This document shows positions 1 to 10,724 of a stretch of DNA of 64,000 bases, one piece after another. Both the position numbers and the translations under genes were made by a program. How positions within the stretch are numbered: position 1 is the first letter of the stretch; the number at the start of each line of letters is the position of its first letter. The stretch is from Candidatus Omnitrophota bacterium (GTDB lineage Bacteria; Omnitrophota; Gorgyraeia; Zapsychrales; Aceulaceae): contig JAQUUP010000002.1 of the NCBI GenBank assembly GCA_028693815.1, positions 7,056 through 71,055 on the forward strand, in the 5' to 3' direction. Under the pieces are notes generated by a model, which worked only from the letters and a program-made list of their open reading frames with translations, was not told the DNA's origin and searched no databases.

Positions 1-220
1 TGCCAGAAATGCTATGGTGGCATGTTCGGCCGATATTATTGTGGCTCTTCCTGGGAGCCATGGGACAAATTGTGAGATTTGCTACGGTCTTGTTTATAAA
101 AGACCTGTGATTGATCTTGGAAATTGGGGAATTGATGGTATGATAAAAGTTGAAAATTTAGAAGAAGCAAAAAATAAGATTAAAGAATATATAGACGAAA
201 TCAAGCAAGCAAGGAGTTAG
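1..220 (+). CDS. C-terminal fragment of a LOG/TIGR00725-like Rossmann-fold protein (5' partial, runs off the window start)
   Basis: ORF is open from base 1. The motif ADIIVALPGSHGTNCEI plus the PVIDLGNWG tail resembles the TIGR00725/LOG family C-terminus. Confidence 0.4.
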   Translation, partial: ARNAMVACSADIIVALPGSHGTNCEICYGLVYKRPVIDLGNWGIDGMIKVENLEEAKNKIKEYIDEIKQARS

Positions 221-225
221 ATTTT

Positions 226-912
226 ATGAAAAAACGAGTGCAAGTCGATAGCCTTATTCTATCATCCACCATTATTCTTACGGGAGCGCTCTATTTGTTT
301 CCTGGGTTGTATTCCAAAAATATTTGGTCAGATAATATTTTTGATTATTTGGGATTTTTAGCTCTACTTTTAGGTGTTTATTTACGTATGGCTGCTCGTG
401 GATATAAAAAAGAATTTTCTAGGAAAGGTCACGGGCTTGTGTCCAACGGATTGTATGCGTTTGTTCGAAATCCAATGTATTTGGGAAGTTTTTTGATGGG
501 GTCGGGATTTTTATTGATTGTTTGGCCATGGTGGGCTCTACCTATTTTTGCGCTTGCTTTTTATCGAAGATTTAACAAGCAAATGATCAAAGAAGAGAAG
601 CACCTAGAGACACTTTTTGGTGATGAATATAGAAATTATTGCAAGAAGACACCACGTCTTTTTCCTGAAATTAAGAAAATAAAAAAGTTAAAGTTTTCAG
701 AAGTATTTCCTTGGGACATCACTTGGAGCACAAAAGAAAAACGAGGGCTTTTTTTATGGCCGCTTTTAGGCATTTTGCTTGAAACATTTCAACAGCAAGT
801 TATCTTTCATCAGATTAATGTTGGGCAAACAATTAAGATTGCTGTTTTTGCAGGAATTGTTTTTGCGATCAGTTTAAAAGTGCTATACAGAAACAATAAG
901 AATTTAAAATAG
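226..912 (+). CDS. Isoprenylcysteine carboxyl methyltransferase / phospholipid methyltransferase family membrane protein
   Basis: Multi-TM protein. The motif GLYAFVRNPMYLGSFLM...EEKHLETLFGDEYRNY matches the ICMT/PEMT SAM-binding signature. Confidence 0.6.
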   Translation: MKKRVQVDSLILSSTIILTGALYLFPGLYSKNIWSDNIFDYLGFLALLLGVYLRMAARGYKKEFSRKGHGLVSNGLYAFVRNPMYLGSFLMGSGFLLIVWPWWALPIFALAFYRRFNKQMIKEEKHLETLFGDEYRNYCKKTPRLFPEIKKIKKLKFSEVFPWDITWSTKEKRGLFLWPLLGILLETFQQQVIFHQINVGQTIKIAVFAGIVFAISLKVLYRNNKNLK

Positions 913-928
913 AAAAGTCCTGCCTCTT

Positions 929-1738
929 TTGAAAGTGTTCTTAGGGCAAGATCATGGTTTCATAATTATGCTAAAAAATCAGTATCAGCTAAAAATTGCA
1001 TCAAACAAAAAGATAACAAAAAATTTGTATCATATGATCTTTTCTGGCAAAGCAATTGGCATGGATGCAAAGCCAGGTCAATTTGTCCATTTGCGCGTTA
1101 ATGATAAGCTGACACCTTTTTTCCGTCGGCCCTTTGGGGTGTTTCGCCTAAAAGATTCTCTCGAGATTCTTTATGATGTTGTGGGTTTAGGAACAACGAT
1201 ATTATCACAAAAGAAAAAGGGAGACATCTTAGATGTTATTGGTCCTTTGGGTTCATTTTTTTGTATGCCGCCCAAAGGAATAAAAACAGTTGTTTTAATT
1301 GCAGGCGGCATTGGCATTGCTCCTTTGCTTTCGCTTTCAGACGCATTGAGAAAAAAGAAATACAAAGTCGTTCTTTTGCAAGGGGGGCGCAACAAAGACC
1401 AGATTGTTGCTTCGAGTGAATTTAAGAAAAATGGTTGTGTTGTTCATGTTTCAACTGATGACGGAAGCGTTGGGATAAAGGGGAGAGTGTCAAAATTGTT
1501 TTCCAACATAAAAGGAAACTCAGATGAAATTTTTATTTATGCGTGTGGTCCTAAGCTAATGATAAAATCTGTTCAGACATTTGCAAAGAAACAAAATATT
1601 TGCGGTCAAGCATCTTTAGAAGAAGTCATGGCTTGCGGAATCGGGACATGTTTAGGCTGCTCGACAAAAACAAAAAATGGATACAAGACGGTTTGTAAAG
1701 ATGGACCGGTTTTTAGTTTGGATGAGGTTGTAATTTAG
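929..1738 (+). CDS. pyrK: Dihydroorotate dehydrogenase electron-transfer subunit PyrK (FAD/NAD-binding, 2Fe-2S)
   Basis: C-terminal CGIGTCLGCSTKTKNGYKTVCKDGPVF 2Fe-2S motif with a ferredoxin-reductase-like fold, and pyrD lies downstream. The true start may be an internal Met (~968 or ~1035). Confidence 0.8.
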   Translation: MKVFLGQDHGFIIMLKNQYQLKIASNKKITKNLYHMIFSGKAIGMDAKPGQFVHLRVNDKLTPFFRRPFGVFRLKDSLEILYDVVGLGTTILSQKKKGDILDVIGPLGSFFCMPPKGIKTVVLIAGGIGIAPLLSLSDALRKKKYKVVLLQGGRNKDQIVASSEFKKNGCVVHVSTDDGSVGIKGRVSKLFSNIKGNSDEIFIYACGPKLMIKSVQTFAKKQNICGQASLEEVMACGIGTCLGCSTKTKNGYKTVCKDGPVFSLDEVVI

Positions 1739-1748
1739 GAGGTTTGCT

Positions 1749-2108
1749 ATGCCGTATCTTTTGTACGTTTTAGTTGGATTGGTTGGTGGAATCTTTAGCG
1801 GGATTTTTGGAATTGGTGGCGGGGCGATTATGATTCCAGCGCTTGTTTATTTTTTTGGGCTTACGCAACATCAGGCGCAAGGAACATGTTTGGCGATTTT
1901 GCTTCCGCCTATTGGTATTTTAGCGGTTCTTCGCTATTATCAAGCAGGACATGTGAATTGGGTGATGGCAGGGTTTATAGCCCTTGGATTTGTTTTTGGA
2001 GCCTATTTTGGTGCAGATTGGATTCAGGCGATTCCTGGTCCGCAGCTTAAAAAAGCGTTTGGTTTGTTTTTAATCATCCTTGGTTTAAAAATGTTTTTCT
2101 TAAAATAA
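1749..2108 (+). CDS. Small TauE/SafE (DUF81)-like membrane protein, half-size single repeat
   Basis: Sequence GIGGGAIMIPALVYFFGL...LAILLPPIGILAV is the TauE/SafE signature. Only 119 aa, inserted between pyrK and pyrD. Confidence 0.5.
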   Translation: MPYLLYVLVGLVGGIFSGIFGIGGGAIMIPALVYFFGLTQHQAQGTCLAILLPPIGILAVLRYYQAGHVNWVMAGFIALGFVFGAYFGADWIQAIPGPQLKKAFGLFLIILGLKMFFLK

Positions 2109-2110
2109 TA

Positions 2111-3019
2111 ATGAAAAATCTCTCTATTAAAATCGGTAATGTCACTTTTAAAAATCCTGTCACGGTTGCTTCCGGAACATTTGGATATGTTGAGAAATAT
2201 TATAAAATAAGTGATGTTAAAAAGCTTGGTGCAATTGTTCCAAAAACAGTTACTCTTAATTCTAGAGAAGGAAACCCGTCGCCGAGGATTGTTGAAACCG
2301 CATATGGCATGATTAATGCGATTGGTATTGAGAATTTAGGCGTTGATTATTTTATCAAAGAAAGAATACCACAACTTTCAAAACTAGGCGTGCCAATTAT
2401 TGTAAGCATTTCAGCTGGTTCGAATAAAGAATTTGTTATTTTGGCGAAAAAGCTAAATCAAGTTAAGACTATTAAAGCGATTGAGCTTAATTTGTCTTGT
2501 CCGAATCTTAAAAGTAAGAAATTAATTGCTCAAGACAAAAAAGCAACTTTTGAAGTTGTGCGTGCCGTTAAAAAAGCAGTTCAAAAACCAATTATTGCTA
2601 AGTTATCTCCAAATGTGACAGATATTACAGAGATTGCTATAGCTGCTGAAAAAGGTGGAGTTGATGCTGTCAGTTTAATCAACACGTTAATGGCAACCGC
2701 GATTGATATTAAGACACGAAAATTTATCTTAGGAAATAAAACTGGAGGCTTAAGCGGTCCTGCGATTAAGCCGATTGCATTAAAGATGGTTTATGATGTT
2801 GCGCAAAAGGTTAAGATTCCGATTATTGCCATGGGCGGCATTATGACAGCTGATGATGCATTAGAGTTTATTGTTGCAGGGGCATCCATGGTTGCCGTTG
2901 GCACAGCTAGCTTTGTTGATCCGAATGCGCCTTTGGATATTTTGAAAGGGATTGACGTTTATATGAGAAAAAATAAAATCAAGTCCATAAAACAATTAAT
3001 AGGGAGTATTAACGAATAA
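2111..3019 (+). CDS. pyrD: Dihydroorotate dehydrogenase catalytic subunit, class 1B
   Basis: Motifs NPVTVASGTFGY, IVPKTVTLNSREGNPSPRI and AIGIENLG are hallmarks of class 1 DHOD. Sits adjacent to pyrK. Confidence 0.85.
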   Translation: MKNLSIKIGNVTFKNPVTVASGTFGYVEKYYKISDVKKLGAIVPKTVTLNSREGNPSPRIVETAYGMINAIGIENLGVDYFIKERIPQLSKLGVPIIVSISAGSNKEFVILAKKLNQVKTIKAIELNLSCPNLKSKKLIAQDKKATFEVVRAVKKAVQKPIIAKLSPNVTDITEIAIAAEKGGVDAVSLINTLMATAIDIKTRKFILGNKTGGLSGPAIKPIALKMVYDVAQKVKIPIIAMGGIMTADDALEFIVAGASMVAVGTASFVDPNAPLDILKGIDVYMRKNKIKSIKQLIGSINE

Positions 3020-3020
3020 C

Positions 3021-3761
3021 ATGAGCAAAGAAAAACCAAAACTTATTGTTGCTCTGGATGTTAGAACTTTTGAAGAAGCTAGAAATCTTATTGAAACGCT
3101 GTCTCCTGTTGTTGATATTTTTAAGGTAGGCAGCCAGCTTTTTACTTCTTGTGGCCCTGTTTCGGTTCGATATATTCAGGCTAAGGGCAAAGAGGTTTTT
3201 TTAGATTTAAAGTATCATGACATTCCTAACACTGTTGCTAACGCTGTAGAAGCCGCATCTTATTTGCAGCCATCTGGCAGCCCAGAGTTTAACAATAGTA
3301 ATAAAAGTATTTTAATGTATACATTGCATACCGTAGGTGGTAAAGAAATGCTTCAAAAAGCTGCCCAAATGGCTCAAAAGACTGCCCAAAATTTAGGCTT
3401 TCGAAAACCGCTAAGTTTAGGCATAACAGTCTTGACAAGCGAAGAGAATGGGGATAATATACAAAATCTTGTTGTGCAAAGAGCTCTTTTAGCTAAAGAG
3501 GCGGGTCTTGATGGTGTTGTTGCTTCTGTTCATGAAGCCGCGCTGATTCGCCAAAAGCTGGGGGAAGATTTTGTTATTGTCACTCCTGGGATTCGTCCCA
3601 AGGATTCTGATGTTGGAGATCAGAAGCGCGTGGCAACACCTTCTTTAGCTGTATCAGCCGGGAGTAATTATTTGGTTGTTGGGCGTCCGATTGTTCAATC
3701 CAAAGATCCTCTAGAGTCCGCACAAAAGATACTTGAAGAAATTCAAAACGCAAGCAAATAA
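3021..3761 (+). CDS. pyrF: Orotidine 5'-phosphate decarboxylase
   Basis: LIVALDV...FKVG...FLDLKYHDIPNTV (DxK motif) plus the C-terminal VVGRPI phosphate-binding segment. Confidence 0.85.
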   Translation: MSKEKPKLIVALDVRTFEEARNLIETLSPVVDIFKVGSQLFTSCGPVSVRYIQAKGKEVFLDLKYHDIPNTVANAVEAASYLQPSGSPEFNNSNKSILMYTLHTVGGKEMLQKAAQMAQKTAQNLGFRKPLSLGITVLTSEENGDNIQNLVVQRALLAKEAGLDGVVASVHEAALIRQKLGEDFVIVTPGIRPKDSDVGDQKRVATPSLAVSAGSNYLVVGRPIVQSKDPLESAQKILEEIQNASK

Positions 3762-3869
3762 AGTTATTTGAGAATTCAATACACAATAAACAAATAACAA
3801 ATAATATACAATTTCCAAGAATCAAAAAATAAACTTATTTGTGCTAAGTTTTTAAAATTTGTGATTTGG

Positions 3870-3904
3870 AATTTGTTTGGTGCTTATTCTTTGTGATTTA
3901 TAAT
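3870..3904 (+). promoter_or_regulatory. Putative sigma70 promoter for the V-ATPase operon, with TTTGTGATTT direct repeats
   Basis: Perfect TATAAT at 3899-3904, 24 nt upstream of the atpE ATG, with a weak -35 TTGGTG at 16-17 nt spacing. A 10-nt direct repeat TTTGTGATTT occurs at ~3858 and ~3890. Confidence 0.3.
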
Positions 3905-3927
3905 TTTTATTCTAAAGGGAGAAAAAC

Positions 3928-4539
3928 ATGGGAAGACAAGTTCAAGATTTAATCGATAAAATTAAACAAGAGGGCCTTGAGGCCGCAGAACAAAAATCTC
4001 AAGAGCTTGAACTAAAAGCACAGAAGAAAGCTGATGAGATTGTTGCCCAAGCAAAAAAAAAGGCTGCTTCAATCATTGAAAATGCTAAAGCCGAGTCTGA
4101 TAAACTTGAGGCAAGCGCAAAAACAGCTGTGACTCAAGCGTCTCGCGACATGCTTCTTGATCTTAGAAAGAAAATTCAAGAAATGCTTAATAAAATTATT
4201 CTTAAAGAAACAACACAGGCGTTAACGCCAGAGATGATTTGTGAAGTTTTAAAGACAATTATTAAAAACTCTATGGATTCAAAGGCGGATGCCAAGATTG
4301 ATATTAAGCTAAATCCAAAAGATCTTGATGCTGTTTCAAACGGTGTTGTTGCAAAGCTCAAAGAAGACGTAAGGAAAAATATTGAAATTCATGCCTCTGA
4401 AGATATTGACGTGGGATTTACCATCAGTTTTGATGCCGGCAAATCTTCGTTTGAATTTACAAATCAGAGTTTAGCAGAATACTTAAGTATTTATTTAAAT
4501 CCAAAAGTTGCAGAGCTTTTAAAAGAGTCATCAAAATAA
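3928..4539 (+). CDS. atpE: V/A-type ATP synthase subunit E
   Basis: Charged coiled-coil N-terminus (AEQKSQELELKAQKKADEIVAQAKKKA), typical of V-type subunit E, and first gene of the V-ATPase cluster. Confidence 0.7.
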   Translation: MGRQVQDLIDKIKQEGLEAAEQKSQELELKAQKKADEIVAQAKKKAASIIENAKAESDKLEASAKTAVTQASRDMLLDLRKKIQEMLNKIILKETTQALTPEMICEVLKTIIKNSMDSKADAKIDIKLNPKDLDAVSNGVVAKLKEDVRKNIEIHASEDIDVGFTISFDAGKSSFEFTNQSLAEYLSIYLNPKVAELLKESSK

Positions 4540-4545
4540 ATTTTT

Positions 4546-5094
4546 ATGAACAATCCGTACTATTATCTTATTTCGAGTTTGCCGATGTTAGACTTTGATA
4601 AAGAAGCCAATCTTTCTTATCAAGAGTTTTTTGATCTTTGCAAAGAACAGCTAAGCGATAGCGATTTTAGAATTCTAGAGAAAGCCACTTTGGATTATGA
4701 TGATCCAACGCAGGAAAACCATGTATTAAACGGTTGGGCAAAGTTTAATCGAAGATTTAGAAATGAAATGATTCGTATTCGTGCAAAAAATCAATCAAGA
4801 GATTCTTCTGATTATATTCGAGGAGATCGTTACGTAGACGCGTCTTCTATCGAAGTAATAAACCGTGCGTTAAAAGCGGAAAATCCTTTGGAAGCAGAAA
4901 AAATGTTGGATCGTTTTAAATGGAAGAGATTAAGCGAATTTATCAAGCGGGATATTTTTCATGTTGAGGCGTTGATTATTTATAGTTTGCATCTCCAAAT
5001 TTTAGAACGATACAAGACAATCAATTCTTCTCAAGGCAAAGAAAGATTCGAAGAATATAAACAATCAAAAGTACTGCAGTTAGTTTCAAAATAA
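4546..5094 (+). CDS. Hypothetical protein occupying the V-ATPase subunit C/F position (CT309/BB0095-like)
   Basis: No recognisable motif. Conserved position between atpE and atpA, as in chlamydial and spirochaetal V-ATPase operons. Confidence 0.4.
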   Translation: MNNPYYYLISSLPMLDFDKEANLSYQEFFDLCKEQLSDSDFRILEKATLDYDDPTQENHVLNGWAKFNRRFRNEMIRIRAKNQSRDSSDYIRGDRYVDASSIEVINRALKAENPLEAEKMLDRFKWKRLSEFIKRDIFHVEALIIYSLHLQILERYKTINSSQGKERFEEYKQSKVLQLVSK

Positions 5095-5097
5095 TTC

Positions 5098-5192
5098 TTA
5101 AGGAAACCCCGCGTCGCTTAAAGGCGTTCCTGGGGTAAATTCGCATAGCAACTTGCGAGCACTAACGTTCCGCAAGATTGCGTGCTCATTTA
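5098..5192 (+). repeat. Intergenic structured repeat element, copy A (5' of atpA)
   Basis: Shares the 5' module CCCCGCGTCGCTTAAA..GGGGTAAATTCGC, a hairpin CTTGCG-AGCACTAACGTTC-CGCAAG, and the 3' end GTGCTCATTTAGG with other copies. Confidence 0.5.
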
Positions 5193-5201
5193 GGAGAAAA
5201 T

Positions 5202-6947
5202 ATGTCAGATAATTTAAGAAAAGGACAAGTCATTGGTGTCAATGGCAACATGGTATCTGTTGAATTCTTGACGAATGTCATGCAAAACGAAGTGGCGTAT
5301 ATCGTGCAAGGTAGCGATCGATTAAAGTCGGAAGTTATCCGTATTCGCGGAAAGCGTGCTGAGCTTCAGGTTTTTGAGGATACCAATGATATCAAAATTG
5401 GTGATTGTGTTGAATTTTCTGGTGAGCTTTTAAGTGTTGAGTTAGGTCCAGGTCTTTTAGGGCAAGTGTTTGATGGGCTTCAAAATCCATTGCCTCGTTT
5501 AGCACAGGATCATGGATTTTTCTTAAAACGTGGTGTTTATTTAAGCGCTTTAGAAGATGATCAGCAATGGGAATTTACGCCAACTGTAAAAAAAGGAGAT
5601 AAGGTTCGATCTGGTTCAAAACTTGGATTTGTCCCAGAAAAGATATTTGAACACAGCATTATGGTTCCATTTCATCTTTCAGGTGAATTGGAAGTTGTTG
5701 AAATTGTTGCAAAAGGAAAATATAAAATAAAAGATGTTGTCGCAAAAGTAAAGAGTTTGGATGGAAAAACACACGATGTTTGTATGAAAACTATTTGGCC
5801 TGTCAAAATGCCTATTAATGCATATTCAAAAAAACTAAAACCTATAAAACCTCTTGTTTCGAAAATTCGTATTATTGACACGCTTGTCCCTGTTGCTGTG
5901 GGTGGAACATTTTGTACTCCGGGACCTTTCGGTGCTGGAAAAACTGTTTTGCAGCATTTGCTTAGTCGACACGCGGAGGTGGATGTTGTTGTCATTGCTG
6001 CTTGCGGTGAGCGTGCAGGTGAGGTAGTAGAAGTTTTGAAAACATTTCCAGAGCTTAAAGATCCTCGGACTCAAAAAACATTGATGGATAGAACGATTAT
6101 TATTTGCAACACAAGTTCTATGCCTGTTGCGGCTCGAGAGTCTAGTGTTTATACGGCTGTAACCATTGCAGAATATTATCGTCAAATGGGATTAAATGTT
6201 TTCTTGTTGGCAGATTCAACTTCCCGATGGGCGCAAGCTATGCGCGAGATGTCGGGCCGTTTAGAAGAAATTCCAGGAGAAGAAGCTTTTCCAGCGTATC
6301 TTGAGACACGTATTGCTTCTTTTTATGAGCGTGCGGGTATTGTTCAGCTAAGAGACGGAAAAACAGGTTCTGTCACTATCGGTGGTGCGGTTAGTCCGGC
6401 TGGTGGAAACTTTGAAGAGCCGGTAACGCAGGCGACTTTAAAAGTTGTTGGCGCCTTTCATGGACTTTCGCGAGATCGTGCTAATGCACGAAAATATCCG
6501 GCGATAGATCCTTTGCAAAGTTGGAGCAAATACGAAAGCTTTATTGAATTTGAAAAAGTAGAAAAAGGTATCCGCATTTTAAAAAGAAGTGATCAGATTG
6601 ATCAGATGATGAAGGTTGTTGGGGAAGAAGGCACAACGTTGGATGATTTTGTGGAGTATCTTAAAGGTGATTTTTTTGATTCTGTTTATTTGCAACAAAA
6701 TGCCTTTGATGAAGTGGACGAGGCAACGATTGCCGATAGACAAAAATATATTTTTGATATTATTGTTGAGATCATTGATAAAAAGTTTGATTTTAAAGGA
6801 AAAGAAGACGCTCGAAAGTTTTTCTTAGACTTGCGTCAGAAATTTATCAACTGGAACACAAAAAAATTTAATTCTAGCGAATTTAAGAGTCTTGAAAAAA
6901 ATGTTTTAGATCAAATACAAGTGACAAAGGTGGAGCAAAATGCATAA
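5202..6947 (+). CDS. atpA: V/A-type ATP synthase catalytic subunit A
   Basis: Walker [12 protein letters not shown] and overall A-subunit similarity. The start is re-assigned to the ATG at 5202 with an AGGAG Shine-Dalgarno; the track's TTG at 5178 lies inside the upstream repeat element. Confidence 0.9.
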   Translation: MSDNLRKGQVIGVNGNMVSVEFLTNVMQNEVAYIVQGSDRLKSEVIRIRGKRAELQVFEDTNDIKIGDCVEFSGELLSVELGPGLLGQVFDGLQNPLPRLAQDHGFFLKRGVYLSALEDDQQWEFTPTVKKGDKVRSGSKLGFVPEKIFEHSIMVPFHLSGELEVVEIVAKGKYKIKDVVAKVKSLDGKTHDVCMKTIWPVKMPINAYSKKLKPIKPLVSKIRIIDTLVPVAVGGTFCTPGPFGAGKTVLQHLLSRHAEVDVVVIAACGERAGEVVEVLKTFPELKDPRTQKTLMDRTIIICNTSSMPVAARESSVYTAVTIAEYYRQMGLNVFLLADSTSRWAQAMREMSGRLEEIPGEEAFPAYLETRIASFYERAGIVQLRDGKTGSVTIGGAVSPAGGNFEEPVTQATLKVVGAFHGLSRDRANARKYPAIDPLQSWSKYESFIEFEKVEKGIRILKRSDQIDQMMKVVGEEGTTLDDFVEYLKGDFFDSVYLQQNAFDEVDEATIADRQKYIFDIIVEIIDKKFDFKGKEDARKFFLDLRQKFINWNTKKFNSSEFKSLEKNVLDQIQVTKVEQNA

Positions 6948-8235
6948 AGTTTATAATGAAATTATTCAAATTGCTGGAGATGTTATTACGGTTGAAGCAA
7001 AGAATGTTGGTTATAACGAATTAGCTGAAGTTCAAACGCAAGGGAGCATTTCCTTAGCACAAGTTATTCGTCTTGACGGAGATCGTGTGTCTTTGCAGGT
7101 TTTATCAGGAAGCCGTGGAATTTCGACAAACGATAAGGTTCGATTTCTAAAGCACCCTATGCAAGTGTCTTTTACGCAAGATCTTTTGGGTAGAATTTTT
7201 ACCGGAAGTGGTGAGTCTAGAGACAATGGTCCTGCTTTAACAGAAAATATGATTGCTATTGGCGGGCCATCTGTTAATCCAGCTAAACGTATTATCCCGA
7301 AAAATATGATTCGAACCGGTATTCCGATGATCGATGTTTTTAATTCTTTGGTTGAATCTCAAAAACTTCCGATTTTTTCTGTGGCTGGCGAACCGTATAA
7401 TCCGTTGTTGGCCCGCATCGCGATGCAGGCCGAAGTTGACATGATTATTTTAGGCGGTATGGGATTAAAATATGATGATTATTTATTTTTTAAAGACACG
7501 CTAGAAAAACAAGGTGCATTATCTCGATCAATTTTATTTGTACACACTGCTTCAGATCCGACGGTCGAATGCTTGCTTGTGCCTGACATGTCTTTAGCGG
7601 TTGCTGAACAATTTGCTCTTGAAGGAAAGCGAGTTTTGGTATTGCTTACAGATATGACAAATTTTGCTGATGCTTTAAAAGAAATCGCTATTACCATGGA
7701 ACAGATTCCTTCAAATCGTGGATATCCGGGTGATCTTTATAGCCAGTTAGCTAAGCGTTATGAAAAAGCAGTTGATTTTGATGGAGCAGGATCAATCACG
7801 GTTTTGGCAGTTACTACGATGCCCGGTGATGATGTTACGCATCCGGTTCCGGACAACACAGGATATATTACTGAGGGACAATTTTATTTAAAAGGTGGAA
7901 GGATTGAACCTTTTGGATCTTTAAGTCGATTAAAGCAACAGGTTAATGGAGATACTCGTGACGACCATCGTACGATTATGGATCGTATGATTCAATTTTA
8001 TGCGGACTATAGAGAAACTTTAGAAAAGAAATCTATGGGTTTTCAGATGAGTGGTTGGGATAATAAGCTTTTAAAATATGGGGATCGATTTGAAAAAGAA
8101 TTAATGGCTTTGTCTGTTAACATTCCTTTAGAAAAGGCTTTGGATTTAGGATGGGAAATTTTATCAAGCACATTTGACAAATCCGAAACCGGCATCAAAG
8201 ATGCTTTGATTGAAAAATATTGGCCTAAAAAATAA
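6940..8235 (+). CDS. atpB: V/A-type ATP synthase subunit B (non-catalytic)
   Basis: B-subunit nucleotide-binding fold lacking a canonical Walker A ([14 protein letters not shown]). Overlaps atpA by 8 nt. Confidence 0.9.
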   Translation: MHKVYNEIIQIAGDVITVEAKNVGYNELAEVQTQGSISLAQVIRLDGDRVSLQVLSGSRGISTNDKVRFLKHPMQVSFTQDLLGRIFTGSGESRDNGPALTENMIAIGGPSVNPAKRIIPKNMIRTGIPMIDVFNSLVESQKLPIFSVAGEPYNPLLARIAMQAEVDMIILGGMGLKYDDYLFFKDTLEKQGALSRSILFVHTASDPTVECLLVPDMSLAVAEQFALEGKRVLVLLTDMTNFADALKEIAITMEQIPSNRGYPGDLYSQLAKRYEKAVDFDGAGSITVLAVTTMPGDDVTHPVPDNTGYITEGQFYLKGGRIEPFGSLSRLKQQVNGDTRDDHRTIMDRMIQFYADYRETLEKKSMGFQMSGWDNKLLKYGDRFEKELMALSVNIPLEKALDLGWEILSSTFDKSETGIKDALIEKYWPKK

Positions 8236-8237
8236 AT

Positions 8238-8322
8238 TAGGGAAAGCCCGCGTCGCTTAAAACCGCTTCTGCTGCTTCGTTTTGCAAGCAAAAGCGAAGC
8301 AAAGCGACAGGGGCTCATTTAA
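8238..8322 (+). repeat. Intergenic structured repeat element, copy B (5' of atpD)
   Basis: Same termini (CCCGCGTCGCTTAAA ... GGGGCTCATTTAA) but a different internal hairpin (GCTTCG-TTTTGCAAGCAAAA-GCGAAGC). Confidence 0.5.
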
Positions 8323-8325
8323 ATT

Positions 8326-8943
8326 ATGGCAAAGATTAAATTAACAAAAAGCGAACTTAAAAAACAGCGGGATAGTCTCGATCAGTTCTCGCATTATTTG
8401 CCGACGCTGCAGCTTAAGAAGCAGCAATTGCAAATTAAGGTTTTTGAGATTCGAAAATCTTTAGCAGAAAAGCAAGCAATGCTCGATTCTCTTAAAGTCA
8501 GTATTGATTCATGGATCGGTCTTTTGTCGGATCCAGGCGTTGATATTGAAGAATGGATTATTCCTCAAAACGTTTCTTTGGCGACCCACAACATTGCTGG
8601 CGCGGATATTCCTGTTTTTGAAAAGGTAGAGTTTAAAAACGTGGATTATGATCTTTATGTTATGCCTTTTTGGGTTGACGAGGGAATTGAGATTATAAAG
8701 AAGTTTTTTTCTTTTCTACTTGAAATAGAAATTATCAAGAAACAAATTGTAATTTTACAAAAAGAGCTGATGACGACAACGCAGCGTGTTAATTTGTTTG
8801 AAAAAGTAAAAATTCCAGAGTGCCTTGAAAATATCCGAAAAATAAGAATTTATTTAGGTGATCAACAGGCAAGTGCGGTGGGGGTGAGCAAGGTCGCAAA
8901 GAAAAAAATTGAGCAAGCAGTCCTTGCGGAGATGGGCGTATGA
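8326..8943 (+). CDS. atpD: V/A-type ATP synthase subunit D
   Basis: N-terminus MAKIKLTKSELKKQRDSLDQF plus a coiled-coil, typical of the central-stalk subunit D. Confidence 0.8.
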   Translation: MAKIKLTKSELKKQRDSLDQFSHYLPTLQLKKQQLQIKVFEIRKSLAEKQAMLDSLKVSIDSWIGLLSDPGVDIEEWIIPQNVSLATHNIAGADIPVFEKVEFKNVDYDLYVMPFWVDEGIEIIKKFFSFLLEIEIIKKQIVILQKELMTTTQRVNLFEKVKIPECLENIRKIRIYLGDQQASAVGVSKVAKKKIEQAVLAEMGV

Positions 8944-10706
8944 TTATTTCAATGAAGAAAATTTCTATTGTTGTTCAGAAAAAAGATGCTCAAGAAGCTT
9001 TGATGCGTTTAAGAGATATTGGTGTTGTGCATGTTCAGCATGAAAACATTCCCGAGAACGTAAGCATTTCTGAGACTAAAGAAGAAATTCAAAAGCTTCA
9101 AGACGCGATTAATTTTCTTGAAGGCCAAGGTGCCGCCCATGTGCCTCAGAGTTCAGGCCAAAAAGAAATGATCGATCGTATCATAGAGTGCATTCATCAG
9201 ATTCGTCAAATTGAAGACGATATGGCCAAGCGAAATTCTCTAATTAATCAATGGGAGCTGTGGGGAGATTTTAATCCGCAGGAATTAGAAAAATTTTCTC
9301 ATCATGGATTTTGCGCTGGGCTTTTTAAGATTCCAGTTAAAGAAGTAGAAAGTCTTCCCAAAGATGTTGTTTGCGAAAAAATCTTTGTTAAAGAAAAAAT
9401 CGCGCATTGTTTTGTTTTGTGTAAAGAAAAAAAATCTTTAGGGTTTCAGCAAGTTCATCTGCCTTCGCTAGGTTTATCTGAAATGAAGGATGTTCAAGCA
9501 AAAGACGCGCAGAAAATCCAAAACATAAAAAACGAGCTTAAGCGGTATTATCCATGTTTAAGTAGCTTTAAGCATTTTCTAGGGGAAAAACAATCAGATT
9601 TTCGTCTTAAGGAAGCGCTGGCAGGCATGGGACAAGATCAAGAGCTTTCATATCTTGTTGGGTTTTGTCCAGCCAATGTTTGCATTGAGCTTCAAAACGC
9701 TTCTCGAAAAGAAAAATGGGGCCTTGTCATCGAAGACCCATCAGATGACGATAAGATCCCAACACTTTTAAGAAATCCAAAATGGGTCAATATGATCAAG
9801 CCTGTTTTTTCGATGATGAATATTTTGCCAGGATATAAAGAATTTGATATTAGTGTATTTTTCTTAGTGTTTTTATCTGTCTTCTTTGGCATTTTAATCG
9901 GCGATGCTGGTTATGGTGCGATTTTCTTTTTAGCCACATTGATTGCGCATATTAAGTTAAACAAAAAAATGAAAGACAAAGCACCGCTATTCTTAATGTA
10001 CACATTAAGCGCGTGCGCGATTGTTTGGGGACTTTTGACAGGCACGATATTTGGTCAGGAGTGGATTAAGGGAATCTTTGATCCACTTTTGCCTTGGTTG
10101 ACAGATACAGAAAATATGCAGATGTTGTGTTTTTTAATTGGAGCGATTCATCTAAGTATCGCGCATATTTGGCGAGCGATTTTAAAAATGCCATCTTTTT
10201 CGGCTCTTTCAGAGGTGGGCTGGATTTCGATTTTGTGGGGAATGTTTTTTGTCGCTAAAATGCTTATCTTAAGCGATCCTTTGCCAGAGGTCGGTAAGCT
10301 TGCTTTGTTGGTTGGTTCCGGATTGGTTGTGTTTTTTAGTCAGCCAAAAAGAAATATTTTTAAAACAGTTGGCCTGGGGTTAGGCGAGCTTTTAATGAGC
10401 ATTGTTAATATGTTTACGGACATTGTTTCGTATATTCGACTTTTTGCTGTTGGTCTTGCAACCGTAGCTGTGGCTGATGCATTTAATCAAATGGCTTTAG
10501 GTATCGGGTTTAATAGTTTCTTTGCAGGACTTGCTACGGCGATGATTTTGGTTTTGGGGCATGTTTTAAATATTGCTTTAGGCGCTATGGCGATTTTGGT
10601 TCACGGAATACGTTTAAATGTTTTGGAATTTTCTAGCCATCTAAATATGGAATGGGCGGGCATTGCCTATAATCCGTTTCGAAAAGTAGAAGAGATTAAA
10701 AATTAA
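8940..10706 (+). CDS. atpI: V/A-type ATP synthase subunit I (membrane a-subunit)
   Basis: Soluble N-terminal half and polytopic C-terminal half with a conserved Arg-containing helix (SYIRLFAVGLA). ATGA overlap with atpD. Confidence 0.8.
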   Translation: MIISMKKISIVVQKKDAQEALMRLRDIGVVHVQHENIPENVSISETKEEIQKLQDAINFLEGQGAAHVPQSSGQKEMIDRIIECIHQIRQIEDDMAKRNSLINQWELWGDFNPQELEKFSHHGFCAGLFKIPVKEVESLPKDVVCEKIFVKEKIAHCFVLCKEKKSLGFQQVHLPSLGLSEMKDVQAKDAQKIQNIKNELKRYYPCLSSFKHFLGEKQSDFRLKEALAGMGQDQELSYLVGFCPANVCIELQNASRKEKWGLVIEDPSDDDKIPTLLRNPKWVNMIKPVFSMMNILPGYKEFDISVFFLVFLSVFFGILIGDAGYGAIFFLATLIAHIKLNKKMKDKAPLFLMYTLSACAIVWGLLTGTIFGQEWIKGIFDPLLPWLTDTENMQMLCFLIGAIHLSIAHIWRAILKMPSFSALSEVGWISILWGMFFVAKMLILSDPLPEVGKLALLVGSGLVVFFSQPKRNIFKTVGLGLGELLMSIVNMFTDIVSYIRLFAVGLATVAVADAFNQMALGIGFNSFFAGLATAMILVLGHVLNIALGAMAILVHGIRLNVLEFSSHLNMEWAGIAYNPFRKVEEIKN

Positions 10707-10724
10707 TTAAGAGGAGGGATTGTT

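Noticed and set aside
5672-6185. Minus-strand ORFs of 107 and 116 aa inside atpA
   Set aside because: They fully overlap a strongly supported conserved gene on the opposite strand. Their composition is low-complexity (Ser/Thr/Cys-rich) and they have no Shine-Dalgarno, so they are antisense ORF artefacts.
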